DNA of 64,000 nucleotides. It comes from Basidiobolus meristosporus CBS 931.73. Its lineage: Eukaryota > Fungi > Basidiobolomycota. The notes beneath the pieces were generated by a model that was not told the DNA's origin, ran no database searches, and was given only the letters and a program-made list of their open reading frames with translations. The stretch's first letter is position 1. Each line of letters opens with the position of its first letter. This document shows, piece after piece, positions 1-13,700 of the stretch. The stretch is from contig MCFE01000078.1 of assembly GCA_002104905.1 (NCBI GenBank), forward strand, positions 1 to 64,000, read 5' to 3'. The position numbers and the translations under genes are program-made.

Positions 1-1586
1 TATCAATGAGCCCCAGACTGTAAAAGAGGCCCTAAATAGCCCACAGATAAAGTTTTGGAGATCTGCAATGACTGAGGAATATCAGGCCCTAATGGAAAAT
101 CAAATTTGGGACTTGGTCAAATCACCAATCAACCAAAAATCAAGTGGATGCAGTTGGGTCTTTGAGACAAAGTATAAGGCTAATGATACAATTGAAAGAT
201 ACAAAGCAATACTTGTGGCCAAAGGATACTCTCAAACAAAAGAACTTGACTATACTGAGACCTTTGCACCGGTTGTGAAGTTTAATTCAATAAGATTGAT
301 ATTGGCTATTGCAGCCAAATATAAGTTTTTTATTCATCAAATGGGTGTCAAAACTGCATTTTTGAATGAAGAACTTGATAAGGATGTGTATATGGACCAG
401 CCTGATGGGTTTGTTGACCAAGATGACCCCCATTTGGTCTGAAAGCTTAAAGAGTCTCTATATGGACTCAAACAATCACCAAGAGCCTGGAATTGCAAGA
501 TAGATTCTTATTTGGACTCTTTGAGTTTCAAAAGGAGTAATGCTGACTATAGTATAGATTATAAGCCAGATAGAGCAAATCCAGCTCTATTAGCTCTATA
601 TGTGGAGGACCTTATTATTGTTGCCAATAACCTAGCAACATTGGAAGAGACTAAACCAGCTTATCTAAAGAGTTCAGGATGTCCAAACTAGGAGAATTCA
701 GTTACTACTTAGGGATAAAGTCCTCCATAGACAGAAGTACCCAGACAACTGCTCTAAGCCAGTCCAAGTATACTCAAGATATACTAAAGATGTATCAAAT
801 GCAAGGCTGTAAACCAGCAGCTATCCCAATGGAGACAAACATTGACTTGGTCAAAACTCAACTAAATCAAGAGAGCTTGGTGCCATCTGAAATCCCTGAC
901 TTTCCTTGGCAATCTATGGTTGACAGTCTGATGCATATCATGCTTGGAACATGTCTACATATCTCATATTCAGTGGGAGCTGTCAGACAGCATAATCAGA
1001 ACTATGGATCTGATCATATTGCAGCAGTTAAGCGGATTATTAGATACCTAAAAGGAACTGCTGATATCTGCTTAAGATACACTTATAAGCATTCAGAACA
1101 TAATCTTGTGGGATACTCTGATGCTGATTGGGACAAAACTTGGAAGACAGATGATCTACCACAGGATACACCTTTCTTTACTGTCAAGGAGCAATCTCTT
1201 GGAATTCAAGAAAGCAACCAACTGTAGCACTTTCCACCACAGAGGCAGAGTATATGGTGGCCTGTGAAGCTGCAAAAGAAGCAATGTGGTTAAGAAAGCT
1301 TTTTAACTATATAGGCTTAATTCAAAAAATTCTATTACTTTATTTCAAGATAATCAAGGATGCATACAATTAGGTAGAAATCCAACTTTTCATACTAGAA
1401 CTAAGCACATAGATATTAGACATCATTTCATAAGTAAAGCTATAAAGAACAACTTAGTTAACTTAGCCTACGGTCCTACAGATGAAATGATTGCAGACAT
1501 ATTACCAAACCATTAGCTAGAGACAAGTTTGAATATCTTAGGTCAAAATTAGGACTAGTCAGTATGAACATTTAGTTGAGTGGGAG
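1..1586 (+). mobile_element. Decayed Ty1/copia LTR retrotransposon: 3' part of pol (RT and RNase H), 5'-truncated by the window edge
   Basis: Copia RT motifs across frames: WVFETKYK..IERYKAILVAKGYSQ..LDYTETFAPVV, HQMGVKTAFLN, SLYGLKQSPRAWN, YVEDL, YYLGI, AVKRIIRYLKGT, LVGYSDADW. RNase H: VALSTTEAEY, FQDNQGCI..HTRTKHIDIRHHF. Internal stops (e.g. TGA at 440-442) and frameshifts. Confidence 0.95.
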
Positions 1587-1600
1587 TGCTGTAAAATCTG
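1577..1600 (+). other. Polypurine tract and probable start of the 3' LTR of the copia element
   Basis: TGAGTGGGAG (1577-1586) immediately followed by TG (TGCTGTAAAA from 1587) just after the end of RNase H, which is the typical copia arrangement. The LTR end could not be fixed. Confidence 0.6.
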
Positions 1601-1739
1601 TAATTCCACCTAAATATTCACCCAACTTAGTCACTTGTATCATTACCTTCAAATCCTAATGAATACTAACCAAAATCCTTCTTGGGATTTACTTGAAATA
1701 TTTTCACCAAAATATCAGGTACCCAGAACATGAAAATTC

Positions 1740-2170
1740 TCAAAGTTGTCCAAACAGCCCCAAACTTTGCACACATGCTCTTGGGACCTTCCTAAGCCTA
1801 CTCTATGTGATTTTATGCAATACCATGTAAAAGTATTAATACTACTTTTACATTCAATAAATCATTAAGTGAAAACCACATAATCTACTTGTTCTCCCAA
1901 TCACTTCCAATATTGCCAAGACTCTTACAGCTGTTTCCAGCATTTTATCATGCATATAATAGGAAGCTTTTCAAATATTCCAAATGACCAAATCTTTGCT
2001 CAGATGCTCTTGGGACTTTGCAAGCAAAATTTTTAGGCTTCTTCTATAGGATTATACCAAAGTATAGATACTGCCTTCATGTTCAGTGAATCTTTAACTA
2101 GAAACCACATGCAATCCACATGTTCTCCCAGCCACTATCAATATATCCCAAATCCTCATAGCAGTATGCA
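1740..2170. repeat. Diverged direct tandem duplication, period about 229-231 nt
   Basis: Matching anchors: ATGCTCTTGGGAC at 1775 and 2004, AAACCACAT at 1873 and 2102, GTTCTCCCA at 1891 and 2122. Confidence 0.7.
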
Positions 2171-2886
2171 GGTACTCTTCAACACATGTTCAGGGCAGAA
2201 TAAGTGGCCCAAGAATGTGTCTTCAGGTAGAGTAGAAAACCATCCAGAGCCCATAACACAAAAGATATGTTATCAGCAGATAGTGCAGGTGTGATATGCT
2301 TACTAGGAAAATGGCATGAATCCAATGGTCCACAGGTGAACAATATATTAGTGATGTGAATGCACCACATTCATTAAGGTTTGTGAGGATGAAGAATATG
2401 CGGACTTCTGCTTTGCTAATAAGTGTGCTGATTCCTACAAGACAACAGTTCAAATTCAGATGTTGACATCATGGATGGAGACATGAGGCCTCTGAGTTCA
2501 ATGGCAATTAGGAGGATTTACCCAAACATAAAAATAGATCGAAACTACTTTACCTATATGGGCCTATATAGGGACATGTCCTGAATTGGCGATGAGTAGT
2601 TACTGATGACAACTTCTATTATAAAGCGATTTCTATGATATACAGTAGCATGTGGGAGGAGGGAGTTCTATGGTTGCGTTGCTGTATAATCTACGGTTAA
2701 ACAAAGTCTATAATGCCAGTAAATGACGACGGCAAGGAGGGCGAATACAATCCATACAAAAGAATAAGGGCAACAACTTAAATACAGGAGGGGTTTTACA
2801 TAGGATGCCGTAAGAATGCATGCGTAGGCGCGCCACAACAAAGATAGATTACATCAGCAGTCGCTTGACTGATGAAACCATGAGGA

Positions 2887-4696
2887 TTAATCCAACATGC
2901 CAGCGAGCTTATGATACGGCGCTATGTAATCACGATCGGACTCTTGATACCACCAGGTATCTCCATAGATCCCGTGCTCGCGGATTTGACTGATGAGGCT
3001 GCCCGAAAGCCCACCTTTCACAAAGAAGCATTTTTGACAGTGTAGGTTAATGATCTGCAGGTTCGGCCGTAGAAGCAACAGGCTCAGCACATCCTCATCA
3101 CGCAATTTGGAGTTGTTGCAGAAACTGATGGCCCGTAAGTTCGGGCAATTCCTGGCCACCTCTTTACACAGCTTGCTGTTCATGATTCGCCCTCTCAGGT
3201 CCAGGAATTGCAGTTGCCCGCCGATCCCTTTGAGCAATGGACAAAGATTGGTATCGTCCATCATCGTGCTGAACGTCTGCAGTCGAAGGTTTCGTAAATT
3301 TTTGCAGTGCGTAGCGACCATGTGAACGATTTGCTCGTTAAGCCGGACGCCACTCAGATTTAAATACTTCAGGCCGCTTCTATTGGAGCAAACCATCGGC
3401 TCTATGGACTCCTTTGAGATCTTTGTCTTTGCGATGGAGAGGCTGTATAATGAGCGGCAATGACGGGCGACCAAATGGCCGATTCGGTCGTTCATCAAGT
3501 TGTTCCTTGAGATGTCCAAGACTTTCAGGCTAGAACCGCACCTGCAGAGTATAGCTGTCCATGCTCGTATCCCCGGCTTTTGATTGTGCATCACGTTTTG
3601 AAGACGCAATGTATGCAAACTCGATCCAATATGCTCGGCCAAGGATTTTATGTCGGCATTGGTCAACTTTGTGTTGTAAAGGCTAATGGATGTCACGGAC
3701 TTGCCGAGGGATTTCCAGAGAGCGCTGGAGGCATCTCGAACCGTCGACAACGAGATGCTGAGCTCAGTCAGCTGCTTAGGGAAGTAACGGGCGATATCTA
3801 GGCATATCTGATCGAAGAGCTTGAGCGTGTCATCGAACCGAATAAAATTCAAGGAGGTGATGTTTGGACAAGCATCGCTGATTTGCTCGATGTATTTGGC
3901 TGTGAAAACTCCGCCCGCAACCGTGAGCTTCGTCAGGTTGGGAATTCGAGGGAGTAGGAGCGAGAAAAGAAAATTCTCAACAAATGGGCCGGCTATCTCG
4001 AGGGATTTCAGGTGCTTTAGAGGGCCGATCTCTTCAAAGAGGCCCAAGGTCTCTTCGTTGAACTTGGGCTTTTGACAAATGTGATTGGAAGGATTAAAGT
4101 TCATTAGCAACTTGAGCTCTTCCAGATATGGGCACTGTTTGATAACGTATCCAATATCTACGATCAGGCTGTGGTCACATGTGGTTGCGGTGAAGGTCAG
4201 TCGCTTTAGACTAGGGAAGGTGAAGAAGAGGGACGAGAGGAAAGAGGAGCTTGGACGGCGCTGCATATAGTTGTCGAACGACAGGATGGAGAGGGTGTGT
4301 AAATAAGGCAGGAATTTGATCAACCGCTCTATCAGGTGCAGTGACAGGAGGTTTCCCTTGTATCTTTCCAGGTCCAGCTCGCGCACACAACGGGCGACTG
4401 CAAAGGGGGTGTCAGTACGTATGGAGTGGTGAGTCAGGGCATAGAAAAAACCGACCTTTGCTGTTAACCGCAACTGTATTCATGAATGAGATAAGGCTAT
4501 CTTTAGAATGGAAGACTGGCTTTCTCCACAGCAGATGGGTGGCAAAGGAGCTCCATTCTGTGTTGACGAGGGAACAGGAGTAGAGGTCTTTTGGGGAATC
4601 GATGAGGTATGTGAAAATCAAGTGTAGGAGCTCGCCATTGATACGGCTTGAGATAAACGGAGAAACTAAAGGTGGAAATGAATTGGAAGGTTTCAT
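2887..4696 (-). CDS. F-box / leucine-rich-repeat (RNI-like) protein, 2 exons
   Basis: F-box (INGELLHLIFTYL..PKDLYSCSLVNTEW..FATHLLW) in ORF 4412-4726 joins the LRR ORF through a 58-nt GT..TACTGAC..CAG intron (4455-4398). LRR units such as LKVLDISRN, LKYLNLSG, LQFLDLRG, CPNLRAISF. Confidence 0.9.
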
Positions 4697-7600
4697 TTGA
4701 TCAAGCAACCGGCCAGGACGGATCAAGGGCCAATTTATACGAAACCATTACAGCATATGGATTTCTTTGGAAATCGGGTAATTTGCTAAATCCATCAGTT
4801 GATCGCAGTTTCCCTTAGATTGGTCTCAGTAGTTTCGGCCGAGAGGATCCACCACCAGCTGGAACACAATGATCGATATTGCCATCAGCGGCCGTTCATT
4901 TGTGGACAGAAACCGATATAGCCCTGTAGATGTGCTTTTGGTCTTCCAGGACAATGTCATTTTCCAAGAGTATGTACACAGGCATACTCACAAGGTGGCA
5001 CTAGCCAATAAGAGTCTCGATCTGAGTGAAAGTCCCTAAATATTAAACTAGGGTTGGATAAATAGGAGTGGAACAAAGACATCACGACGAGATGAATGCC
5101 TTGTTCCTTGCTTGATGTCTCTTACTCTCATGAACGTTGTACATAAGGATACACTTTCGAATAAACATATCGGTATTGAATCAACAAATCCCAACGGCTC
5201 GATTCCATCCTGATGAGCAAAGTCTAGCCCGCAGCAATGCTCTCGCCGACACTTCCCTTGCTAACGCCAACCACCCAAAGGTCTGACCTTGAGTCTGCAT
5301 GCATTGCTCCTGATGCAAACGATCAATAGAAATATGCCTACAGGCGTTGGCCCTTGTAGGGAGATCAGAAAACATTATTCGATTCCCCGCGTGTCCCTTA
5401 ATGCCTGTACATCAAGCCTTACATTTACAATTCGGCCTTCACGGCCAGCTTTCCAACCATTCACCTACTTTTATGAGGAAGGCTGAAGAAACCTAGAAAA
5501 GGCCATCCAGTTTTATCCGAAGACGGTGATGTATGTTATCCACCGATTCCTCCAAGCAGACATCCATCTGTTCTTGAAGCCCGGTGCATGTCCCTGTAGC
5601 TGCTTCTACTCGATACTACGTCGCTGTCGTCATTGATACTGGATACATCCCTTGAGTGGACACGGCACAACTCCATCCCCCTTTTACATTCACTTTAGTT
5701 ACTGAAGCACATGATCTTTGAATTGGAACTGTCCATAAGAAAGGAAATCTGGATGCTCCAAGTCCGCATACTGGTATCGGCGTTCTTTAGGAAATGGCTG
5801 TTGTGGAACACCATACTCTCACATGATGCTGTAACCCACTCGAAACCATGGCCATCTACAGATCGAGAAGTGCGTGCTACTGGGAAGCGTAAATGTAGCT
5901 GCCACCAGAAAATATAGGTAATGTGAAGGCACCCAACACCTACGCCATCGATCTGCTATGATTATTGTCAAGCAATCATGACCAAATCAAATTGAATCTC
6001 CTACCCCAACAAATGAACTATTTTTCCTTTTAACTTCTCCAATACATGTGTAGCCCATTAGAATGCACGGGAATGCAGCTGTCTCCAGGCTGTACCTATT
6101 GAAATCCATTACCACTAGCAGCAACCACTGGTCTATTAGAGGTTCTGGACCCGCCGTCAGCATGGCAATGAATCTGTTGGTGTGATATTCTCGAAATGTT
6201 ATTTTTGATAATGCTGATATTGATGTTGCGTTGGCACTTATCAAGACGGGTAAATAAATCACCGGAAATTGGGCAATTGTTCGCCGCTGGGATTGGCTGG
6301 GGAGCAAGGTGTTTCAAAAGAAATCCGAATTATCCTGGGAAATGATGGGCATGTTTTGTCTCTTGAGGCAGGCAATTTCCCAATGTATGCATTCGAATGG
6401 CGACGTTTGTACACCAGCCAATGTTGGTGGCACATTCCTCAGTGTTCTTACAATAGTCGTCCGGCTTTCCATAAATGGTTTAGAATTAAGATTTTAACAG
6501 TAGAGTGGTTACACTGCCAACTACTGCATAGGATGTAGGGGGATGCAGGCGGCTTTTGGGCTGTAATATTACGCAGGTGAAGCCCGGTGATAGAATTGGA
6601 AATGAACCTGAATAATGGAAATCTCGATTAGCAGCCTTCTCAAGCCATCCTTACTGTGCACAAGTTGATTGTGGCCATGATCATCTGCTTATCAAGTACG
6701 CAAGGATGAGTGCGCCGCCGAGAAGGTTGGTCCATTCAAAATTGACGCTTACAAGAGCCAAGTGTTCATATGACCAGTATCAAAACATCTAGCCTTCAGC
6801 AAGCTCAAATGGCGGGTCAAACACGATATCGAAGGTAGATTCGCTCCTTTTCGCACTCAAGATCGATCAATTAGACTCTTTGTTTGATTTCCCTAAGAAG
6901 CAATCCAGCGGCCATTTGAGATTTACTTCGTATGCTTCGGCTCATTCTCCTCAATTGGATGCATCCCAGTCCGAGTAGATATATCGTCAGGTTTCATCCC
7001 AGGAAGTCAACCCTTGTCCTCCCATATTGGCTGCCCGCTTTTGGGTCACTGCATTCCTTGGCTTTCCCTAATTCATTCCACAGGACTGTCTAATAGAGCG
7101 GACCTCAATTGGGATATGAGATTGTCTCAACAGACCCATGTGTTTAGGAATGCTGATATTCAATGATGGCATGCATCAATAACATTCTTGTTTACCACCC
7201 CATGCAGAACTCGCAAATATGGAATCGATGGCGAATTCTGGATCTCGATTTGGCGCAATAACAAATTCCCCACTGTAACTCTTTCTAGTTTAATTAGTTT
7301 AAGGTCACGCATAAGTGATGTCGTATAAGAGATGGGATGCACGTATGTTTCACTGAGGTTAATTTAAACCGTTGAGGTTCCTTGCTGTATATTTCTTTGG
7401 CTGACTATTCAATCAGCGTGGGGCGGCCGTCGACTGAGACGACGGTAGTGACGGATGCAAGCTGACCTATAAAACACAACGTCGTAACTTCAAGATTTGG
7501 GGTCCCATGCTTGCCATATAAGGCCTTGCACAAGGGTAGAACATACGTGCGTTATGGTTGCCCGTCCTCTAGACGTACTGGGCATTCTGGCTCTTGAAGT

Positions 7601-9616
7601 ATCACAAAGCCACTCGACCGTAGGTGACCAATGTTCCCCTGAATCGACGCTTTCTGGAATTTATTGATAAGTGCCAATTCGGATGCTCAAGATGCCATTG
7701 TACCAGATAGCTGAATTATTTGGGGCGTGATCAAATTTGTTGTATTCTAGCAATCAGCAGTATGGCAGGAAATCCATTTCTCTTTCGTCAGTAAACTCTA
7801 TTGCAACCTTGATAAACAAGCCAAATACCATTCATACGTATGCCTCTCAAAAGCACTATCTGCTGGCCAGTATCACCAGAGGTTTTCCATATCAAGCCTC
7901 TGTATTTACCCTTACGGATGATGACTTTGCACAGCTCTGGCCTTGACTATTATGGTTTGTAATATATATCTCAACGAGCAGCCAACCCCACTCCGTTCTG
8001 CAATACATACATATCAGTGTTGGAGTGGTTTAGACACCCTAGCATTTAATCGATGAGAAGAGGATTAATATACTGATATATATATTGCTGCCAATATTCC
8101 GTAGCTGGTCTGAAGCACTGTTACACGTCCAAGTGAAAAGGCATTGTTACATAAAGTGAGGTAACAGTATTTGATTATAAATGATCCATTATCAAAATAC
8201 AATAGAGGTGCAGGCACTGAAGGGCCACCCATTGTGCTGAAAAATGTTTAGCGACTGGACGCTTGGGTACTATTTCCTGATGGTGTGCATCGCAAGAAGA
8301 TTCTGTAGGTTTTCCATCGTACTTTTCGTCTTTGAGTTGTGACTTGACAATTGATGAAATTGCAATTGGTGCGAAGGTTCCAGACCTTTCGGTGCCCAAA
8401 CAGAGAGTATGCCGTACCACTAGATAGAGCTCAGGAAACTAAGTGCTTCAGAGAAATGGGCTGTCACTCGACCCCAGATAGGCTCTTGGGAGGAAAGATC
8501 AATACAGGTACAATAGCACCTTTTCTTTATACACAAGTCAATCATACCGACGTTGCTCGATTCAAATACGACCTTCGGTTTACTCCAGCTACTCTGAGTA
8601 TGGGATCGAGATACGTAACAACCAATGGTTGATTGATCCCACCAAATTCCAATCACGCCTACGTTTATTGTTCGGAAAACGGCTGGAGTCATCCATATAG
8701 TTAAGATTTTCATACTCAGACATCTAATTGGGCTTGATCTAATGAAGACTGACAATGTGCCTGCACGTGTGCAGTGTCTCCACCATTGTTTTCTTAGTCT
8801 TCGAACAAGCCTAACGATGAATGTGTAGGCTTTTTATCGTATATGATTTGATGACAGACTTGGATTTACAATCAGATATTTATACTAATTTAGGCCAGTG
8901 ATAATTTTGCCAAGAATACCTGGGTTTTCTGGCCAAGAATATGGGCAAGGCTAGGGTGAGCCTATGAAAAGTTTTCCCTCTTGAATCATGCCTTCTTGGA
9001 CAACCTTGGCATTTCAAAGACCACTATCCAACTGGTTCTTTACCGAGGCCATCTGCAATCTTGGCATTTGAAGTCCACGTAGGCATCTATATGATCTGGG
9101 GTATTCTAACATGGGAACACAAGGGAAATTAGCATAGATCATCAATTATGTGAAATAGCATTGTAAATTTCGAACACCAATACTAAATCAGTCACCACAC
9201 TTTGCCAAGCCCACATTGTATTTTTCGTTGGGCGAAAACGGTCTTTCGCTGTATGGGCATTGATGTTCCTTGTTTCTATGATATCTCACTGATTTTATGG
9301 GATACCAGCTTCGCTATACAAATTTACACAGCCAGGGCATGTGTCATTAGACTCCACGACTTGGCAAGAAAAACCTGGTAATCGGATTTGTACTACAAAG
9401 CGGACTAGAAATGCTTAATACTCTAAATTTTCACCGACGCAAGAGTTGCTATACATTTGTATTGTTGTAAGCACTTTATATCAACCATGCAATTGAAAAG
9501 TTGGCCCCTCCAACCTCCCCCATGTGTTGGCAAAATGTCCCTACTCCCAGGTATATAATACCAGATGAACTCAGCAACTTCCATCAAACTCATCTCCTCA
9601 CTTCTCTAAAACAACC

Positions 9617-10024
9617 ATGTCTATCAAGAGCCTCATATTCTTTGCCGCAGTTTTGGCAGCAAGCCTACTTGGATCTGTTTACGTAGAGGCTTTATCGTGC
9701 CAGGATTGCCTGACCAATGTGCCTTATCAGTCTATGCCTGGCTGTGCGGCATATGATTCCAAGAAGGACATGTCTTTACCGCCTACAGACCTCGCAAAGA
9801 AATGCAACTGTGAAGTTGCCGCACATCCCGAATCCTTCAACCTGTGTAATACCACTTGTTCTCAATCCCTAATAGACTACCAGAAGGACCAAGTTGGAAT
9901 CATGAAATTCATGTTTTCATGCAAGAGTCAAGGAACAAATGGTGCATCCCACCTTACTCTTCAGAACGGCATTCTTTTGGGCTCCGCTATCTTCGTCGCC
10001 ATGCAACTGGTATTGGCATTATAA
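9617..10024 (+). CDS. Small secreted, probably GPI-anchored 8-cysteine protein (CFEM-like spacing)
   Basis: Signal peptide (residues 1-25). Eight Cys spaced C-x2-C-x11-C-x19-CxC-x11-C-x3-C-x20-C. Small-residue omega-like site (NGA) then a hydrophobic C-terminal tail. Single exon. Confidence 0.8.
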   Translation: MSIKSLIFFAAVLAASLLGSVYVEALSCQDCLTNVPYQSMPGCAAYDSKKDMSLPPTDLAKKCNCEVAAHPESFNLCNTTCSQSLIDYQKDQVGIMKFMFSCKSQGTNGASHLTLQNGILLGSAIFVAMQLVLAL

Positions 10025-10752
10025 ACATGCTTCACAGAACTACAGCCAATTGGTATCTGACAAAACTATTGCAATATCTGCCAAATTATCCATCAATTAT
10101 TCATACCCTACCTCTATTGCTACCAAAGCACTATATTAAACTCAAATAAACAACCCTGACTTTAGCTCATTCATTTTGTGTATTCAATGCTCATAACATA
10201 TCATGCCACTAGGCGTATTGGTGCCGCATCCATGATACTAGGAGCGAGGTCATACCGAGGGTGTTCTTTCGTGGCTTTCCATTGCTATGAAGACCATTTC
10301 TATCTCATTCCTTCCCTCATATGAGCATTGGAAAGCCATGCAAAATTCGTGCAAGAGTACATGAATGCGATCTAAATCCAACAATACGGAAGCGATTATC
10401 GAGGCTTCAAACCTTGGCGTACCTGCACCAGAGATTCCCTGGTAGTAAATAGCCAAAAGGTTTTGGCTTATTTCTGTCATCAAAAGCAATAAGCAGGGGA
10501 ATTCATCTAGATAACAACTGATATATTTATGAATGATAAATATGAAGCCATAAAAATATTAAGGTTGAACCATATGCGATTCTCATCTATCCTCATAATA
10601 AGCGGTCTAGTCGACTACTAGGCTCCGGCCAACCTAACTTGGCTGTGATTCTGGCTTGTAAAAACGGCACAACTGTAGCACTGAATGTCTTTATTTCCAA
10701 CATAAAACGGAAGAACAACACCGAAAATCTTGAATGTTTGGGCCGAAAGGGA

Positions 10753-13700
10753 TTAAATAAAAACACCCAAGGGGACAAACGATTCTTTGGAAAATGCGGT
10801 TGCACTCAAGTTCTCGTTCTGCAAAAACTTGGTGGGGAAAACCACCAGATGCCCTCGGACTTTACTCAGGATCTCTTTGATTTCCTCGTTGGATTTTGTC
10901 TTCAACGCACTGTGGCCCGTCATGACCAGGTTGGAATTAGGTACGAATCCTGTATACTCCGTCCAGTTGGTAACAGTATCATCTGGCACGCATCGGAATA
11001 CCATTCTATATATCTCAGTGTTGGTAGTGGCTGTCTTGGTCCATACGTCGTTGAAGAACCGATCCGATAGTGGATCCATGACTGGATTATCATTGGATTG
11101 TGGTGCTTGTTGTGGTGGTGCTTGTGGCACTTGTGGCGCTTGTGTCTCATTATTGCCACGATGGAAGTGTCGCTGGATTTTGTCACCAAGTGCGTGCGCA
11201 CTAAACATACGATGCGAACTGTCGCTGCTCTGGTAGTCGAATTGGCCACCGGGCGCTGGCATAGGCATTGGCATCGGCATTGACATGGGTGCTGGCATAG
11301 GCATTGGCATCGGGAATTGGTTGCCATAATCCAAAGGTCTCTCGGGGGTAGGCATCTGGAAGTGGGGCTCGGTGCCAGGAATTTGAGCGCTTGGTTTCAT
11401 TGGGTCTTGAAGTTCGTTCTTGGATTTTGTGTCATCATGCAAAAGGCCGACGTGCTCTTTGAAGATAGCGCAGCGAAGAGTATGAGCAAATTTGCTTGCC
11501 ATATACTAAAATGCCTTTAGTATCAATCACATTTGCTCCCGGCGAAATGTAAGGTTTACCTGCTCCCCATTCATGAACGATGGGACCTCCTCTTGGTCTT
11601 CAATAATAACAGCGATTTCTGAGTCTCTGTTGCCAAGCATAGAACGATCGTTGATGTTTGCTGAAAGAGAATCGATAAATCGTTGGGCAGGAGAAAAGGG
11701 TTGCGCATTGACCTACCTGAACCGCAGATCACAATACGGTCGTCCACGATCATGAGTTTACTATGAATGTAGGTGAGCTCGGTCACATATTCACCCTCTT
11801 TGTGCTCGTAGTTCGTCACCATATTCGAGGTTTGCATAGTGTTGTTGACAGTCGTGTTGCATGTTTGAGGATACGCGTTGGACAAGATCACGTCGTATGT
11901 TGTGACCATGTTGGTTTGATGTGGCTCGGGGATCACCTCGTGTCTGGTCACGTAATTGGAGAGAGGCTTGCTGTCTAATCTATTTTGCGAATACCTGTTA
12001 TCCCCTAATAACAAACGATCAAAACGAGAAGATATCTCGTCTCCGGAGAGCTCGTTCATAGCATTAGAATCAGAATATGGGTTTCGGATCATATCATAGT
12101 TGCGTAAACCATAGAAGGTGATGTAATCGGAGGGATTGATTCTTGCCTCCGCCAGCTTTTCGAAAATTGACGACCCGCCTCGGCCAATTGTGCGATACTG
12201 CCAATCCATGACAAGGCGAATGGTATTGGCATCAGAAGCATTCACCTCACTTTCGAACGCCGGCAGGAGGGGCATGGCAACAATAACACGGAACTTCGTA
12301 TTCTCTTGGTTGGCACGGATGATACGCTCGACAAGGGCCTAAAATCCATCACAACTAAGACACAATAGCAGCAATAGGCCCAGACACACAACTTACCTGG
12401 GCGATCTTGTTCTTGATCTCGTAAGTTTCGGAGTCGATGGTCGAAGAGACTGTGCGTAACAAAAGTGCGATGCATAGGATTAACGAGCCGTTTGCTTGGG
12501 CAATGGTACGAAAAGGCAAATTTACCAAAGAACTGATTCTCGATATAAATGAAGTGCTTGGCGTTGCGAATATTCTCCAGATAAGCCGTGTAAATGGAGT
12601 GCTATGGTACAGGATGAATATGGTTAGGTCACCGGGGAAAAGCATTTGTGTAGATATAAGGTGGCTACCTCAGTTTCGATTCCACTGCTCCACTGGCCAC
12701 CACTTCTCAACACCTGGATTTTACAAGAACCTTTGGCGTTCGCATAGTCGGGGTTCTTCTCTTTGAATACGTAGCTTAGAAATGCCATGTCCTTTTTCTG
12801 CATTCCTTTTTCGGATTTAATGAAATTCCAACGATCTACAAAATGACGCTCGACATCTTCAACCGGCGGACCGGTTATGCACAGCGCAATATCATGCCAT
12901 GGCATCCTGGCGACGTATTTGCGGTTGATAAGCTCTTGATAGTATTGGGACACTACAAGGGAAACACGTGTTTAGCAAAAAGATTTTGCCGCTACCCAAC
13001 GGTTATGATCTTAGGCATGTACCATTTGCAAAGTCCTTGACTCTGGGGTTGGAATAATCTTGCCCAGGCCATGTGTTATTCGCAGGGTCGTAATGATAGT
13101 CAGCCAATCGGTGCGAATGCGTATCAAATCGACTAAAGAAGTTTAGTAAGTCATCTGTACTCTGTGGCAACGTCATTACAGTGCTAGTGGTTACCCGTAG
13201 CATAAATCCAAACCGCCCAAGAAAGCAATCTTGGTGTCAATCAAGCAAATTTTCTGAATCCAAAATGTTACGGTCAGTAACGGTGTTGGTCTAGGTCAAT
13301 AATGGAGTCGACAACCCACCTCATGATGCTATAGTGTTGTAGGAAAATGATAGGCATTTGTAGGCATTAGTGACGGTTTGTGTAGATAGTGAGCAACTGA
13401 ATCAACATGGAGTCTTACGTACAGCCCAAAACATGGTTCCGCCAGCACCATGGTCAGGATGGCGCTGAACTGTAATGTTAGGATGCAAGGCCTGAAGTGT
13501 AAACTTGGTATAGTGGGAATCAATGGTCAAGGCCATCGACACCTCTTTGTAGACCATGATATTCACTATAACACCCTCTTCGGCTTTCTTTTTTAGCAGG
13601 CGGTCGAGGCGAAATTCTTGGTTTTCACTCGGTGGTCGACGAAGATACTATAACGGTGGGATCAAGATTAATGCTCTCGCGTAAATGAAACTGAATTGAA

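Noticed and set aside
5400-9400. Gene-free tract with intron-like signals (e.g. GTATGT..TTTTATAG near 7550-7470, minus) and short ORFs
   Set aside because: Every frame is broken by stops and no product was recognised; it may be decayed coding DNA but cannot be assigned.
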